From the NCBI GenBank assembly GCA_025677605.1, contig GCA_025677605.1_4110.1: 64,000 bases of DNA, one strand, 5' to 3'. Numbering within the stretch: position 1 is the first letter of the stretch; each line of letters opens with the position of its first letter. This document shows positions 36,855 to 44,099 of this stretch, piece after piece. Made by a program: the position numbers and the translations under genes. The notes below the pieces were generated by a model that saw only the letters and a list, made by a program, of their open reading frames with translations, did no database searches and had not been told where the DNA came from. This DNA comes from a phage.

Positions 36855-37439
36855 TTATCGTGTTATAGTTACGGCTTTTACGTCGCGTTGTTTATAGTAC
36901 TGATTCCAGATATTGCGGGTTAAACCGTAATCAAGTACTTTAATCAGGCCATTGCGATCTTGGCCTATGTTCTGCTTTCTGATATCTCTTATCGTTAGTG
37001 TTGATAAGGTATCATCAACGTGTTGTAGTGCATCAGCGAAATGGTGTTGGCGTTCAATAGTGTTACGTTTGACATTGTACTTTAATTCATTGCAAGCGTT
37101 AACGTGCTTTACACTGCCTTTGCTTGCAGTACTCAAACGATCCATAACAATAAACATATTATCAGGATCGCTTAAATGCATATGCACCTTAGCAAAGTAC
37201 TGTTTAAGGTGAGGGCGGTCATAATCTAAAAAATTCCATACCTTACATTCTGTTTCATTTTGTTCTACGCCAGCGTCACAATTAGCGACCTTAATCACTA
37301 ACCGATCATTTAAAGCGAATACGATACGGGATGATCCGGCCCCGATGATCTCCAGACCAGCCAACCGACAAGCTGTAAGGATCTCTTTGTTAGTTTCCAT
37401 TTCTGCCAGTGTACGGATGAATTTAGTATAATTACGCAT
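36855..37439 (-). CDS. Small protein kinase-like protein (Ser/Thr kinase fold)
   Basis: 194 aa. Gly-loop GAGSSRIVF; VIKVA (VAIK-like Lys); catalytic-loop-like IRDIRKQN; KVLDYG (DFG-like). Confidence 0.6.
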   Translation of the reverse strand: MRNYTKFIRTLAEMETNKEILTACRLAGLEIIGAGSSRIVFALNDRLVIKVANCDAGVEQNETECKVWNFLDYDRPHLKQYFAKVHMHLSDPDNMFIVMDRLSTASKGSVKHVNACNELKYNVKRNTIERQHHFADALQHVDDTLSTLTIRDIRKQNIGQDRNGLIKVLDYGLTRNIWNQYYKQRDVKAVTITR

Positions 37440-37459
37440 TGCATTTACTCTTTAAGATA

Positions 37460-37519
37460 GCAGGGAGGTATTCCCTGCCTTGATGTGACTATTATATGTT
37501 AGTACTAATTAGATTGCAA
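37460..37519 (-). promoter_or_regulatory. sigma70-type promoter plus leader hairpin
   Basis: -35 TTGCAA 37514..37519; 17 bp; -10 TATAAT 37491..37496; hairpin GCAGGGA / TCCCTGC 37460..37478. Confidence 0.6.
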
Positions 37520-37736
37520 CAGTTTTATTTGCAATTACAGAATGAATTGCGGTTTTACCTGATTTAGTACTGAATACATTAGCACGACCATTTTCAATAG
37601 TGATGCGGTATTCACCTTTACTATCAATGAGGTTGATAAATTCAGGAGTACTAAACCGAGTTACTTTAAAAGTCAGTACATTGAGTAGGTCCACCAGCGT
37701 AGTAGTTTCTTTGATGCGTTCTAAGATATTAATCAT
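37509..37736 (-). CDS. Hypothetical small protein
   Basis: 75-aa ORF; contains a Chi site. Confidence 0.55.
   Translation of the reverse strand: MINILERIKETTTLVDLLNVLTFKVTRFSTPEFINLIDSKGEYRITIENGRANVFSTKSGKTAIHSVIANKTVAI
37691..37698 (-). other. Chi octamer (minus strand)
   Basis: Plus strand reads CCACCAGC; inside a CDS. Confidence 0.8.
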
Positions 37737-37765
37737 TTTGTTTCTCCCCGTGTTGGTATAGATAC

Positions 37766-37794
37766 ATAGTACTAAAACAATTGAGTACTGTCAA
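37766..37794 (-). promoter_or_regulatory. sigma70-type promoter (repeat copy 1)
   Basis: -35 TTGACA 37789..37794; 17 bp; -10 TACTAT 37766..37771; about 58 bp nearly identical to 38011..38070. Confidence 0.6.
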
Positions 37795-38013
37795 TTAGAT
37801 AATTGCATATTTCTTTAAAGATAATGCGTCTTGTGTTGGCTGATACTCGATACCGTTACCGTTATCTACTTTAACTAATAAACCTTTGTCAATTAGTTTT
37901 TTAATAGTCCGTTGGCCTTGTTGAAAATTGGTAAAATGTGAATCATTACGAAAGGTATAACCGTGCTTAACTGCTTCATCAATAGTTTTCTTTTCGATTT
38001 TAGATAATTTCAT
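37795..38013 (-). CDS. Hypothetical small protein, possible winged-helix DNA binder
   Basis: Track ORF trimmed to MKLSKIEKK (the extension covers the promoter). The wHTH suggestion rests only on a ..TIKKLIDKGLLVKV.. helix-strand pattern. Confidence 0.45.
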   Translation of the reverse strand: MKLSKIEKKTIDEAVKHGYTFRNDSHFTNFQQGQRTIKKLIDKGLLVKVDNGNGIEYQPTQDALSLKKYAII

Positions 38014-38041
38014 TTTGTTTCTCCCGTGTTGGTATAGATAC

Positions 38042-38070
38042 ATAGTACTAAAACAATTGAGTACTGTCAA
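38042..38070 (-). promoter_or_regulatory. sigma70-type promoter (repeat copy 2)
   Basis: -35 TTGACA 38065..38070; 17 bp; -10 TACTAT 38042..38047. Confidence 0.6.
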
Positions 38071-38321
38071 CGTGATATTAGTTTTATTTTCTTATTATAT
38101 TGTTGGTGTTCATATAGGTTTATCTTTCCTGTATTCTCGATTACTATTCTGTTGTTGGTGTCCACGTCGATTACACGCAGTTTGCCGTTGCTTAACTTCC
38201 TGGGCAATAGATTACCATTAATAAACTCATTAGCAAGCTGTACGGCCTTTGTGATGATTCTCTGTGGTGCTTTATAGTGTACCCGCAAGATATTATCTTT
38301 TGATAGTTGAACCTTAATCAT
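38067..38321 (-). CDS. Hypothetical small protein
   Basis: 84-aa ORF. Confidence 0.55.
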   Translation of the reverse strand: MIKVQLSKDNILRVHYKAPQRIITKAVQLANEFINGNLLPRKLSNGKLRVIDVDTNNRIVIENTGKINLYEHQQYNKKIKLISR

Positions 38322-38335
38322 TTTAGTTTATCCTA

Positions 38336-38361
38336 TAAAAAAGGCGGGAACTGATCCCGCC
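38336..38361 (-). terminator. Rho-independent terminator
   Basis: Minus-strand hairpin GGCGGGA-UCAGU-UCCCGCC followed by UUUUUUAU. Confidence 0.7.
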
Positions 38362-38383
38362 GTGTTGTTAGTACTGCAAGTTA

Positions 38384-38788
38384 TTAGATAACCTGGCGGC
38401 GTTTACTGTATACGGTAACACGGTTTCCCTTACGGTCATGACGGATCTCTCGTTTGTTGCGAATCAGTTCACTTGGACGCTTCAGGTTTACCAGGTGATC
38501 CGCGTGAGTCCATGCATTCGAATTTACCTGTACTTTAATATCAGAACCAGCGATAAATTCATCTTGAGCGTTAAGTACTGCTGACAGTTCATCAGCTTTC
38601 TTCTGTTCTGCTGCTGTCAGTACTGGCTCCGGTGAATTCACAATATCAGAGATTTCTTTGAACTGTACGGCCCAGCGTTGACCTTTCGGTGCGGTCGTGC
38701 CCATGTCTTTAAATGCTGCTCCTTCCTCGCGTGCAACAATACGGGCAGCTTCACGGGTAGCGTAGAATTTAGTAATCATGGTATACAT
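38384..38788 (-). CDS. Hypothetical protein (paralog of 50198..50464)
   Basis: 134 aa; shares FYATREAAR..GA.FKDMG...G.RWAV and C-terminal HDRKGNRVTVYS. Confidence 0.6.
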   Translation of the reverse strand: MYTMITKFYATREAARIVAREEGAAFKDMGTTAPKGQRWAVQFKEISDIVNSPEPVLTAAEQKKADELSAVLNAQDEFIAGSDIKVQVNSNAWTHADHLVNLKRPSELIRNKREIRHDRKGNRVTVYSKRRQVI

Positions 38789-38823
38789 CCTATTAGTTAA
38801 GTTAGTACTACAAGTTAGAGTCT

Positions 38824-38852
38824 ATTATAAAGTACTATCTGGGCAATGTCAA
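38824..38852 (-). promoter_or_regulatory. sigma70-type promoter
   Basis: -35 TTGACA 38847..38852; 17 bp; -10 TATAAT 38824..38829. Confidence 0.65.
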
Positions 38853-38874
38853 ATAGTACTTTAAATGGATTCTA

Positions 38875-39198
38875 TTACATATCTTTCTTACGTTTTACAT
38901 CGTTGTAGCGAACTGTGATTTCTTTGTTGATCTCTTTCTCAATGTGGTGAATAACTTTTTCTTTCGGGTTGAAACCTATAACCGTTTCTTTAATGATCTC
39001 CAAGCCCGTGTATTCGCCTTGTGTACCGTAACCGTAAGTAAAGGTTTCATGTCCCAGGTCTTCCCAGCGGTCGCCAATCAACGCAGACACGTAGCAAGAG
39101 TGGTAAGTATTGCCGTGTGAATCAGTCCACCGATTAACTTTAATGTCAAAGGATGTTACAATTTTCAGTTCTACTTTCTGGGTAAGGATCATAGCCAT
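38875..39198 (-). CDS. Hypothetical protein (paralog of 44672..45016)
   Basis: 107 aa; shares GNTY.S, F.YGYG and C-terminal DVKRKKD. Confidence 0.6.
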   Translation of the reverse strand: MAMILTQKVELKIVTSFDIKVNRWTDSHGNTYHSCYVSALIGDRWEDLGHETFTYGYGTQGEYTGLEIIKETVIGFNPKEKVIHHIEKEINKEITVRYNDVKRKKDM

Positions 39199-39221
39199 TT
39201 TTATTTCTCTCTTTTAGTTAG

Positions 39222-39283
39222 GAGGGGAACCGTTTCCCCTCACTCGATGTAAACTATTATACAGTACTAAGATACTTTGTCAA
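39222..39283 (-). promoter_or_regulatory. sigma70-type promoter plus leader hairpin (88-bp repeat copy 1)
   Basis: -35 TTGACA 39278..39283; 16 bp; -10 TATAAT 39256..39261; hairpin 39222..39241. Confidence 0.7.
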
Positions 39284-39286
39284 TAC

Positions 39287-39469
39287 TTATTTTTTGGAAA
39301 GTTTACGCATTAATTCTACGCTTTCTTGTGAACGTTTTGCTACCTGGCAATCTGCATGGGCAGTAAACATTTTTGTATAGTCTGACGCTTTGCCACCGAA
39401 CCGAGCGGCACGTTCACGGGCACTTGGAACTAATACAATTTCTTTCTTACAGATAGTGCACTTAGCCAT
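39287..39469 (-). CDS. Hypothetical small basic protein
   Basis: 60-aa ORF; CxxC near the N-terminus. Confidence 0.5.
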   Translation of the reverse strand: MAKCTICKKEIVLVPSARERAARFGGKASDYTKMFTAHADCQVAKRSQESVELMRKLSKK

Positions 39470-39492
39470 TTTTATTTCTCTCTTTTAGTTAG

Positions 39493-39553
39493 GAGGGGAA
39501 CCATTCCCCTCACTTGATGTAAACTATTATACAGTACTAAGATACTTTGTCAA
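39493..39553 (-). promoter_or_regulatory. sigma70-type promoter plus leader hairpin (88-bp repeat copy 2)
   Basis: -35 TTGACA 39548..39553; 16 bp; -10 TATAAT 39526..39531; hairpin 39493..39511. Confidence 0.7.
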
Positions 39554-39556
39554 TAC

Positions 39557-39832
39557 TTAAGTATTGTAAATGTCGTGAATAGTGATAAAGTTTTTACGAC
39601 CGTAAACCTGTAAATCAGTATCAATGTAGTGCTTATCAAGTACATCCTCGACGCTTAACGCGGTGTCGTGAATATCTTCATAGAATTGAGGATCTACAAT
39701 CTTGCTTAAGTCATCCGGCGTTAACTTATCGTTAAGCCATTGAACCGCCTGGATATCTGCTTCACGTTTCCAGTCTTGCAGGTTAGTAGTCAGTACTTGC
39801 TCGATTTCGTTAGCTGTCAGTAGAATCCGCAT
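39557..39832 (-). CDS. Hypothetical small acidic protein
   Basis: 91-aa ORF. Confidence 0.55.
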   Translation of the reverse strand: MRILLTANEIEQVLTTNLQDWKREADIQAVQWLNDKLTPDDLSKIVDPQFYEDIHDTALSVEDVLDKHYIDTDLQVYGRKNFITIHDIYNT

Positions 39833-39864
39833 TTTATGTTTCCTTATCAGTAGTTGATGTAAGT

Positions 39865-39892
39865 ATTATACTCGTTTACTTTCTATTGTCAA
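39865..39892 (-). promoter_or_regulatory. sigma70-type promoter (proximal of a tandem pair)
   Basis: -35 TTGACA 39887..39892; 16 bp; -10 TATAAT 39865..39870. Confidence 0.6.
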
Positions 39893-39980
39893 ACTATTTT
39901 ATCAGGGGAGTTTTTCGTATGTCTTACTCCTGGACTACTTAACGGGGTTACTTGTTTCATTCCCCGTCCTGATGTAAAAC

Positions 39981-40008
39981 ATTATACTTGATTCTAAGTA
40001 CAATGCAA
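39981..40008 (-). promoter_or_regulatory. sigma70-type promoter (distal of a tandem pair)
   Basis: -35 TTGCAT 40003..40008; 16 bp; -10 TATAAT 39981..39986; structured leader 39893..39975. Confidence 0.6.
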
Positions 40009-40039
40009 GTACTTTTTTAAAAATAGTTTTCAGTACTAG

Positions 40040-40047
40040 CCACCAGC
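40040..40047 (-). other. Chi octamer (minus strand)
   Basis: Plus strand reads CCACCAGC; intergenic. Confidence 0.8.
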
Positions 40048-40099
40048 AAACAATAGATACATTTATGCACCCGGTGGGCTAGTTTTTGTCTATGCATAT

Positions 40100-40132
40100 A
40101 TAATAGCAAAGGGACTGACCGGAGTCAATCCC
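40100..40132 (-). promoter_or_regulatory. R-module copy 3: terminator hairpin with embedded promoter
   Basis: Hairpin 40111..40132; -35 TTGACT 40123..40128; 17 bp; -10 TATTAT 40100..40105; core 40064..40082. Confidence 0.5.
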
Positions 40133-40147
40133 TTTTTTCAATTTATT

Positions 40148-40297
40148 TTATGCCTCGCGAGGGTTGCGATATGTGATAGCGTTCGGGTACATTTGTTTTA
40201 AGTTATTCCACGCCTGGTTAACACTGTATCCGCTGGACCGTATCAGTTGATGCATACCTTTACCCAAAAACGTAACTTCGAAAATGTATTCTTTCAT
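40148..40297 (-). CDS. Small hypothetical protein (49 aa, not in ORF track)
   Basis: Hand translation MKEYIFEVTFLGKGMHQLIR...NPREA; ATGA coupling to the upstream ORF. Confidence 0.45.
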   Translation of the reverse strand: MKEYIFEVTFLGKGMHQLIRSSGYSVNQAWNNLKQMYPNAITYRNPREA

Positions 40298-40467
40298 GCT
40301 ACGGCCCCCTTGTCGGCTTTACCTTTACGCCAGGACGTTACTAATTGTTCGCGTTGCCATAAGTCGAGTGATACAAAAAGTTTTGCGGTATCACCCTTCG
40401 GATATTCGCCAGTAGTACCCATCCGATAAAACAAATCTTTCAGTACTGACAATTCTACATGGATCAT
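40294..40467 (-). CDS. Small hypothetical protein (57 aa, not in ORF track)
   Basis: Hand translation MIHVELSVLKDLFYRMGTTG...DKGAVA; begins 1 nt after the upstream stop. Confidence 0.45.
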   Translation of the reverse strand: MIHVELSVLKDLFYRMGTTGEYPKGDTAKLFVSLDLWQREQLVTSWRKGKADKGAVA

Positions 40468-40468
40468 T

Positions 40469-40558
40469 TTAGATAACTCCTGCTTTGCTTAAGTAAACTA
40501 ATACGGCCTGTACTGCCATAATGATTGCAATTACTACTATGAACGGATTCATGTGCAT
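40469..40558 (-). CDS. Small hydrophobic peptide (29 aa, not in ORF track)
   Basis: Hand translation MHMNPFIVVIAIIMAVQAVLVYLSKAGVI; first ORF after the promoter and hairpin. Confidence 0.4.
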   Translation of the reverse strand: MHMNPFIVVIAIIMAVQAVLVYLSKAGVI

Positions 40559-40578
40559 AACTGTTACCCTTATATGGT

Positions 40579-40637
40579 GGGGAGAAAACTTCTCCCCTTG
40601 ATGTAATTAATTATACAGTACTGTGATACTTTGTCAA
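40579..40637 (-). promoter_or_regulatory. sigma70-type promoter plus leader hairpin
   Basis: -35 TTGACA 40632..40637; 16 bp; -10 TATAAT 40610..40615; hairpin 40579..40597. Confidence 0.7.
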
Positions 40638-40645
40638 ATACTTTT

Positions 40646-40858
40646 TTAATCTTTCAGCCAATGATCTTGGATGAATTTTTCACCGAAGCCTTGCTGCATG
40701 GATTGTAACAGGCGTTCACGGTGTGCGGCGGCAAACTGCTCAGTACTATGCGTTACACCTGGTTGATATCTGGATTCACCATTGGGGGCGATGTATTGTA
40801 CATCCCACGGTTTAGCGTTAGTATCAGACCATTTACGAACGATTAGTTGACCTTGCAT
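40646..40858 (-). CDS. Hypothetical small protein
   Basis: Track ORF 40646..40888 trimmed to MQGQLIVRK; the extension covers the hairpin. Confidence 0.55.
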   Translation of the reverse strand: MQGQLIVRKWSDTNAKPWDVQYIAPNGESRYQPGVTHSTEQFAAAHRERLLQSMQQGFGEKFIQDHWLKD

Positions 40859-40876
40859 TTTTCTTTCCTCAGTACT

Positions 40877-40936
40877 GGGGAGAATCATTTCTCCCCTTCA
40901 TGTAACTTATTATACAGTACTATAATCTATTGTCTA
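40877..40936 (-). promoter_or_regulatory. sigma70-type promoter plus leader hairpin
   Basis: -35 TAGACA 40931..40936; 16 bp; -10 TATAAT 40909..40914; hairpin 40877..40896. Confidence 0.6.
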
Positions 40937-40944
40937 GTACTTTT

Positions 40945-41139
40945 TTAAAGTTTATGTATCAGTTCTTTATCTAAGCGATAGCGTACATTATTAATAGTAA
41001 CGGCATTGTTTTTAATGCTACGCTGTACAGGTCCACCAGCAATAACAAACGTTGCCTTATTACCCCGAACAATGATAGCACTTCCTGGATTGCCGTATTC
41101 ATCTTGTACTAAAATACTTGATAAGTTTTCCATTTTCAT
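40945..41139 (-). CDS. Hypothetical small protein
   Basis: 64-aa ORF; the start may instead be the second Met (41133), given the AGAGGA spacing; contains a Chi site. Confidence 0.55.
   Translation of the reverse strand: MKMENLSSILVQDEYGNPGSAIIVRGNKATFVIAGGPVQRSIKNNAVTINNVRYRLDKELIHKL
41033..41040 (-). other. Chi octamer (minus strand)
   Basis: Plus strand reads CCACCAGC; inside a CDS. Confidence 0.8.
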
Positions 41140-41150
41140 TTCCTCTTAGT

Positions 41151-41208
41151 AGGGGAAGATGTTTCCCCTTCATGTAAAACATTATACACTATCTTTCAGT
41201 ACTGTCAA
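41151..41208 (-). promoter_or_regulatory. sigma70-type promoter plus leader hairpin
   Basis: -35 TTGACA 41203..41208; 16 bp; -10 TATAAT 41181..41186; hairpin 41151..41169. Confidence 0.65.
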
Positions 41209-41292
41209 TTACTTTTTAGTACTTATTTAAACGCTCTCAATCGCATTCTAACGAGCTAATCTATTTTGTAGTACTATCGGATAGGTATATAC

Positions 41293-41323
41293 TAAAAAGC
41301 CCACCAGCGTTAACCAGTGGGCT
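41293..41323 (-). terminator. Rho-independent terminator (Chi in the loop)
   Basis: AGCCCAC..GTGGGCT stem followed by UUUUU on the minus strand; the loop carries the Chi at 41301..41308. Confidence 0.6.
41301..41308 (-). other. Chi octamer (minus strand)
   Basis: Plus strand reads CCACCAGC. Confidence 0.8.
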
Positions 41324-41329
41324 ATAATC

Positions 41330-41473
41330 TTACATCTTGCGGATAATCTTAACAGTATCTTTCACCGATTTACCGTCTTGCTGGCATTGTTCGATCATTG
41401 CGTATTGTTCTGCGGTCAGATCTTCGCCAGTTTTTGCCAGTACTGCTTCGATGAATGAATCCAGTGCGATCAT
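41330..41473 (-). CDS. Small hypothetical protein (47 aa, not in ORF track)
   Basis: Hand translation MIALDSFIEAVLAKTGEDLTAEQYAMIEQCQQDGKSVKDTVKIIRKM; has its own promoter and terminator. Confidence 0.5.
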   Translation of the reverse strand: MIALDSFIEAVLAKTGEDLTAEQYAMIEQCQQDGKSVKDTVKIIRKM

Positions 41474-41517
41474 TTTGTTTCTCTCTTAGGTTAAGTTAAC
41501 TACTGTTTATAAAACTT

Positions 41518-41545
41518 ATTATACAGTACTATCAAACTATGTCAA
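41518..41545 (-). promoter_or_regulatory. sigma70-type promoter
   Basis: -35 TTGACA 41540..41545; 16 bp; -10 TATAAT 41518..41523. Confidence 0.65.
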
Positions 41546-41572
41546 TATCTTTAATAGTACTGGTAATATATT

Positions 41573-41752
41573 TTAGCGGTAGTCGTCGTATGCTTTATTC
41601 ACCTGGCGAATGTAACTTTCAAAGGCTTCGTCTACCGTTTCATACTCCCGAACATAATCACCATAGGAAACTACATACATCCCTTTTTGATCTTCAAACG
41701 TCATGATGATAGAATCCAGGCCGATGATTTCAGTTTTTGCGATGATAGCCAT
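41573..41752 (-). CDS. Hypothetical small protein (related to 45097..45309)
   Basis: Track ORF 41573..41815 trimmed to MAIIAKTE, because the track start lies inside the -35 of its own promoter; AAGGAA SD. Confidence 0.55.
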   Translation of the reverse strand: MAIIAKTEIIGLDSIIMTFEDQKGMYVVSYGDYVREYETVDEAFESYIRQVNKAYDDYR

Positions 41753-41786
41753 TTTTAATTCCTTAGTAGTGTAGTTGATAAAATCT

Positions 41787-41815
41787 ATTATGCCAGTACT
41801 ATCAATCTTTGTCAA
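41787..41815 (-). promoter_or_regulatory. sigma70-type promoter (repeat family with 45049 and 45345)
   Basis: -35 TTGACA 41810..41815; 17 bp; -10 CATAAT 41787..41792. Confidence 0.6.
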
Positions 41816-41834
41816 TAGTACTGTGATAATATTT

Positions 41835-42047
41835 TTAATCGATAATGGTTAATGTAAAGTTATAATCACCGCATCGATATAGCACGTTATTCCCAAATGT
41901 TCCAACCAATCGCACATCACACAAAACGCCAGTTTTTTCTTTTACTTCCTTGATACTTGTAACTCCTGTAATATCTTTATTAAAGTATTCATGGTCTGAA
42001 AATAAAACTTGTTTTGCATTTTTCAATTTCGACCGGATATTAGCCAT
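41835..42047 (-). CDS. Hypothetical small protein
   Basis: 70-aa ORF. Confidence 0.55.
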   Translation of the reverse strand: MANIRSKLKNAKQVLFSDHEYFNKDITGVTSIKEVKEKTGVLCDVRLVGTFGNNVLYRCGDYNFTLTIID

Positions 42048-42069
42048 TTTGTTTTCTCTCTCTGTTAGT

Positions 42070-42128
42070 GGGGAGAACTATTCTCCCCTTGATGTAAACT
42101 ATTATACAGTACTATAATCTATTGTCAA
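42070..42128 (-). promoter_or_regulatory. sigma70-type promoter plus leader hairpin
   Basis: -35 TTGACA 42123..42128; 16 bp; -10 TATAAT 42101..42106; hairpin GGGGAGAA / TTCTCCCC 42070..42088. Confidence 0.7.
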
Positions 42129-42142
42129 ACTATTTTTTAATA

Positions 42143-42484
42143 TTATTCGAAATCTTCTGGACCGGACTGATAATCATCTTCACCGTATGCACTTTCTAAC
42201 TTCTCGCCAGTGCAATCATCAGTTAGTGAGTCATCCTCATAGTTCACGTCTACGCCCGTGATGTAAAACTGGCTATCGTATGGATCATTGAAATTAATTT
42301 TCTGAATGTTTACAATAACTGTATTGATGCCCAGGACACCGCCATCAGCCGTTACAAAGTACTGATAGTTTTCACATCCACCACTATTGAAACCGTAATT
42401 GATTTCGGCCCGACCATCATTTAAACGCAGTGCCTGAGCGATGAATTCGTTTTCAAAGTTAGATTGAGCAATTGCAATAGTCAT
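42143..42484 (-). CDS. Hypothetical acidic protein
   Basis: 113-aa ORF. Confidence 0.6.
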   Translation of the reverse strand: MTIAIAQSNFENEFIAQALRLNDGRAEINYGFNSGGCENYQYFVTADGGVLGINTVIVNIQKINFNDPYDSQFYITGVDVNYEDDSLTDDCTGEKLESAYGEDDYQSGPEDFE

Positions 42485-42503
42485 GATTCGTTTCCTTATT
42501 ACC

Positions 42504-42563
42504 AGGGGAAACGGTTTCCCCTTGCTATGTAAAACATTATACTTGATTCTAAGTACAATGCAA
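42504..42563 (-). promoter_or_regulatory. sigma70-type promoter plus leader hairpin
   Basis: -35 TTGCAT 42558..42563; 16 bp; -10 TATAAT 42536..42541; hairpin 42504..42522. Confidence 0.65.
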
Positions 42564-42583
42564 GTACTTTTTGCAAAATACTT

Positions 42584-42766
42584 TTAATCCCTTTGATACT
42601 CACATAACGCCATATCATACGCAATTGACGCTGATTTGAAATCATCGTGTCGCTCAATCTCTTTCATGTCAACATAGATGATCCATAGGTTTACGTCTTC
42701 CTGGCGTATGATAACGGCAGGTTTACCGATGATATGTGATGCCGCTAGTTCGATTGGATTAAACAT
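42584..42766 (-). CDS. Hypothetical small protein
   Basis: 60-aa ORF. Confidence 0.5.
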   Translation of the reverse strand: MFNPIELAASHIIGKPAVIIRQEDVNLWIIYVDMKEIERHDDFKSASIAYDMALCEYQRD

Positions 42767-42847
42767 TGTAGTACTCCTTATTAGATTGATATATTTTATT
42801 TACACTTCCGCACCCTGTGGGCTAGTGAGCTATCTCTCAATGAATAT

Positions 42848-42879
42848 ATAATAGCAAAATGGCTGACCGAAGTCAACCA
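42848..42879 (-). promoter_or_regulatory. R-module copy 4: hairpin with embedded promoter
   Basis: Hairpin 42860..42879; -35 TTGACT 42871..42876; 17 bp; -10 TATTAT 42848..42853; core 42808..42825. Confidence 0.45.
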
Positions 42880-42885
42880 CTTTTT

Positions 42886-43023
42886 TCATTTATTTTTAGC
42901 TTTTAGAATCGCCGCTTTTCGCGTCATGCCTTGCTTGATGTACTCCTTTACTTTCGCTTTACGTGCTTTCGCTTTATCTGCTTTCGTTTTAGGAGTACTG
43001 TAAATTAAACCGTTAGGATTCAT
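42886..43023 (-). CDS. Small basic protein (45 aa, not in ORF track)
   Basis: Hand translation MNPNGLIYSTPKTKADKAKARKAKVKEYIKQGMTRKAAILKAKNK. Confidence 0.45.
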   Translation of the reverse strand: MNPNGLIYSTPKTKADKAKARKAKVKEYIKQGMTRKAAILKAKNK

Positions 43024-43113
43024 TTAAATCACCATAAAGAATAGATAGGTTACTAACAATGCCGCGATCAATGCACCGATCACCGCCGAACTGTAATAAG
43101 CCAATGATTTCAT
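43024..43113 (-). CDS. Small hydrophobic peptide (29 aa, not in ORF track)
   Basis: Hand translation MKSLAYYSSAVIGALIAALLVTYLFFMVI; ATGA coupling. Confidence 0.4.
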   Translation of the reverse strand: MKSLAYYSSAVIGALIAALLVTYLFFMVI

Positions 43114-43262
43114 TTTTTAGCCTGGAAGTAATGTTTAATTTGTGCGGCGGTCAATGCACAATTACGCAGGAAGTTTTCTGTATAACTGCGACGAGTACTG
43201 AAAGAAAATTGACCTTTGCCGTTGCCGATAGTAACATCAAACCGAGCATTATATTGTTTCAT
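43110..43262 (-). CDS. Small hypothetical protein (50 aa, not in ORF track)
   Basis: Hand translation MKQYNARFDVTIGNGKGQFSFSTRRSYTENFLRNCALTAAQIKHYFQAKK; GGAG SD after the hairpin. Confidence 0.5.
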   Translation of the reverse strand: MKQYNARFDVTIGNGKGQFSFSTRRSYTENFLRNCALTAAQIKHYFQAKK

Positions 43263-43281
43263 TTTGATTCTCCTAGTATCA

Positions 43282-43343
43282 GGGGAGAACCATTTCCCCC
43301 CCCTCTATGTAAAACATTATACAGTACTAAAAACTAATTGCAA
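43282..43343 (-). promoter_or_regulatory. sigma70-type promoter plus leader hairpin
   Basis: -35 TTGCAA 43338..43343; 16 bp; -10 TATAAT 43316..43321; hairpin about 43282..43301. Confidence 0.65.
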
Positions 43344-43346
43344 GTA

Positions 43347-43493
43347 CTATTTTTTAGATTTACGCAAACTTTCTACCATCTCAGGAGTAAGGCCCGGCGG
43401 GTAGGAAACCACTTCATCAACGAAACGTAAAGGGAATACCCCAGCGAAAGGTGAACATGCTTTCTTAGTATTACTCTTTTTTGATGCTTTCAT
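43347..43493 (-). CDS. Small hypothetical protein (48 aa, not in ORF track)
   Basis: Hand translation MKASKKSNTKKACSPFAGVFPLRFVDEVVSYPPGLTPEMVESLRKSKK. Confidence 0.45.
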   Translation of the reverse strand: MKASKKSNTKKACSPFAGVFPLRFVDEVVSYPPGLTPEMVESLRKSKK

Positions 43494-43512
43494 TTCATAT
43501 TCCTTAATTAGT

Positions 43513-43572
43513 GGGAAGTACTATTTCTCCCCTTCATGTAAAACATTATACAGTACTAAAAACTAATTGCAA
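43513..43572 (-). promoter_or_regulatory. sigma70-type promoter plus weak leader hairpin
   Basis: -35 TTGCAA 43567..43572; 16 bp; -10 TATAAT 43545..43550. Confidence 0.6.
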
Positions 43573-43575
43573 GTA

Positions 43576-43818
43576 TTATTTTAAACTTTGTGCGACTAAT
43601 TTCGCACGGTCAATCATATACTGCCATTTTTTGATCTCTTCTGGTAGAAAACGATATTCACCAATAACAATAGTGATACACTTTTCAGCCTGGTCAATGT
43701 ATGTAGTGTCAATCTCGACTTGAACGGGTACACGTTCGCCGTAATCAGTGCCAGGGATAATACAATCATTATCATAAGTAACAGTAGTAGCAGTGTCTTT
43801 GATTAAAATTGTTTCCAT
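43576..43818 (-). CDS. Hypothetical small protein
   Basis: 80-aa ORF. Confidence 0.55.
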   Translation of the reverse strand: METILIKDTATTVTYDNDCIIPGTDYGERVPVQVEIDTTYIDQAEKCITIVIGEYRFLPEEIKKWQYMIDRAKLVAQSLK

Positions 43819-43840
43819 TATACTTTCCTCGTTAGGTGTA

Positions 43841-43898
43841 AGGGGAAAAAGTTTCCCCTCTATGTAAACAATTATACAGTACTGAAAACTAATTGCAA
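43841..43898 (-). promoter_or_regulatory. sigma70-type promoter plus leader hairpin
   Basis: -35 TTGCAA 43893..43898 (in the 3' end of the upstream CDS); 16 bp; -10 TATAAT 43871..43876; hairpin 43841..43859. Confidence 0.65.
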
Positions 43899-44098
43899 GT
43901 ATTATTTTCTAAAAAATGATTGTATGCTGCATCAACCACTCTTTCGATAACATACGCCAACGGCACGTATCCAACTACATGACTACAATAGAAAGGACTA
44001 CGATTAGAATCATCGTATGCAAATACTTTACCAGGTACGGCATCAATCACATACATATTAACCTTTAAGATGTCGATCTTATCCTGTACAGTAAGCAT
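43889..44098 (-). CDS. Hypothetical small protein
   Basis: Track ORF 43889..44125 trimmed to MLTVQDKI, which begins 1 nt after the stop of 44100..44270. Confidence 0.5.
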   Translation of the reverse strand: MLTVQDKIDILKVNMYVIDAVPGKVFAYDDSNRSPFYCSHVVGYVPLAYVIERVVDAAYNHFLENNTCN

Positions 44099-44099
44099 A

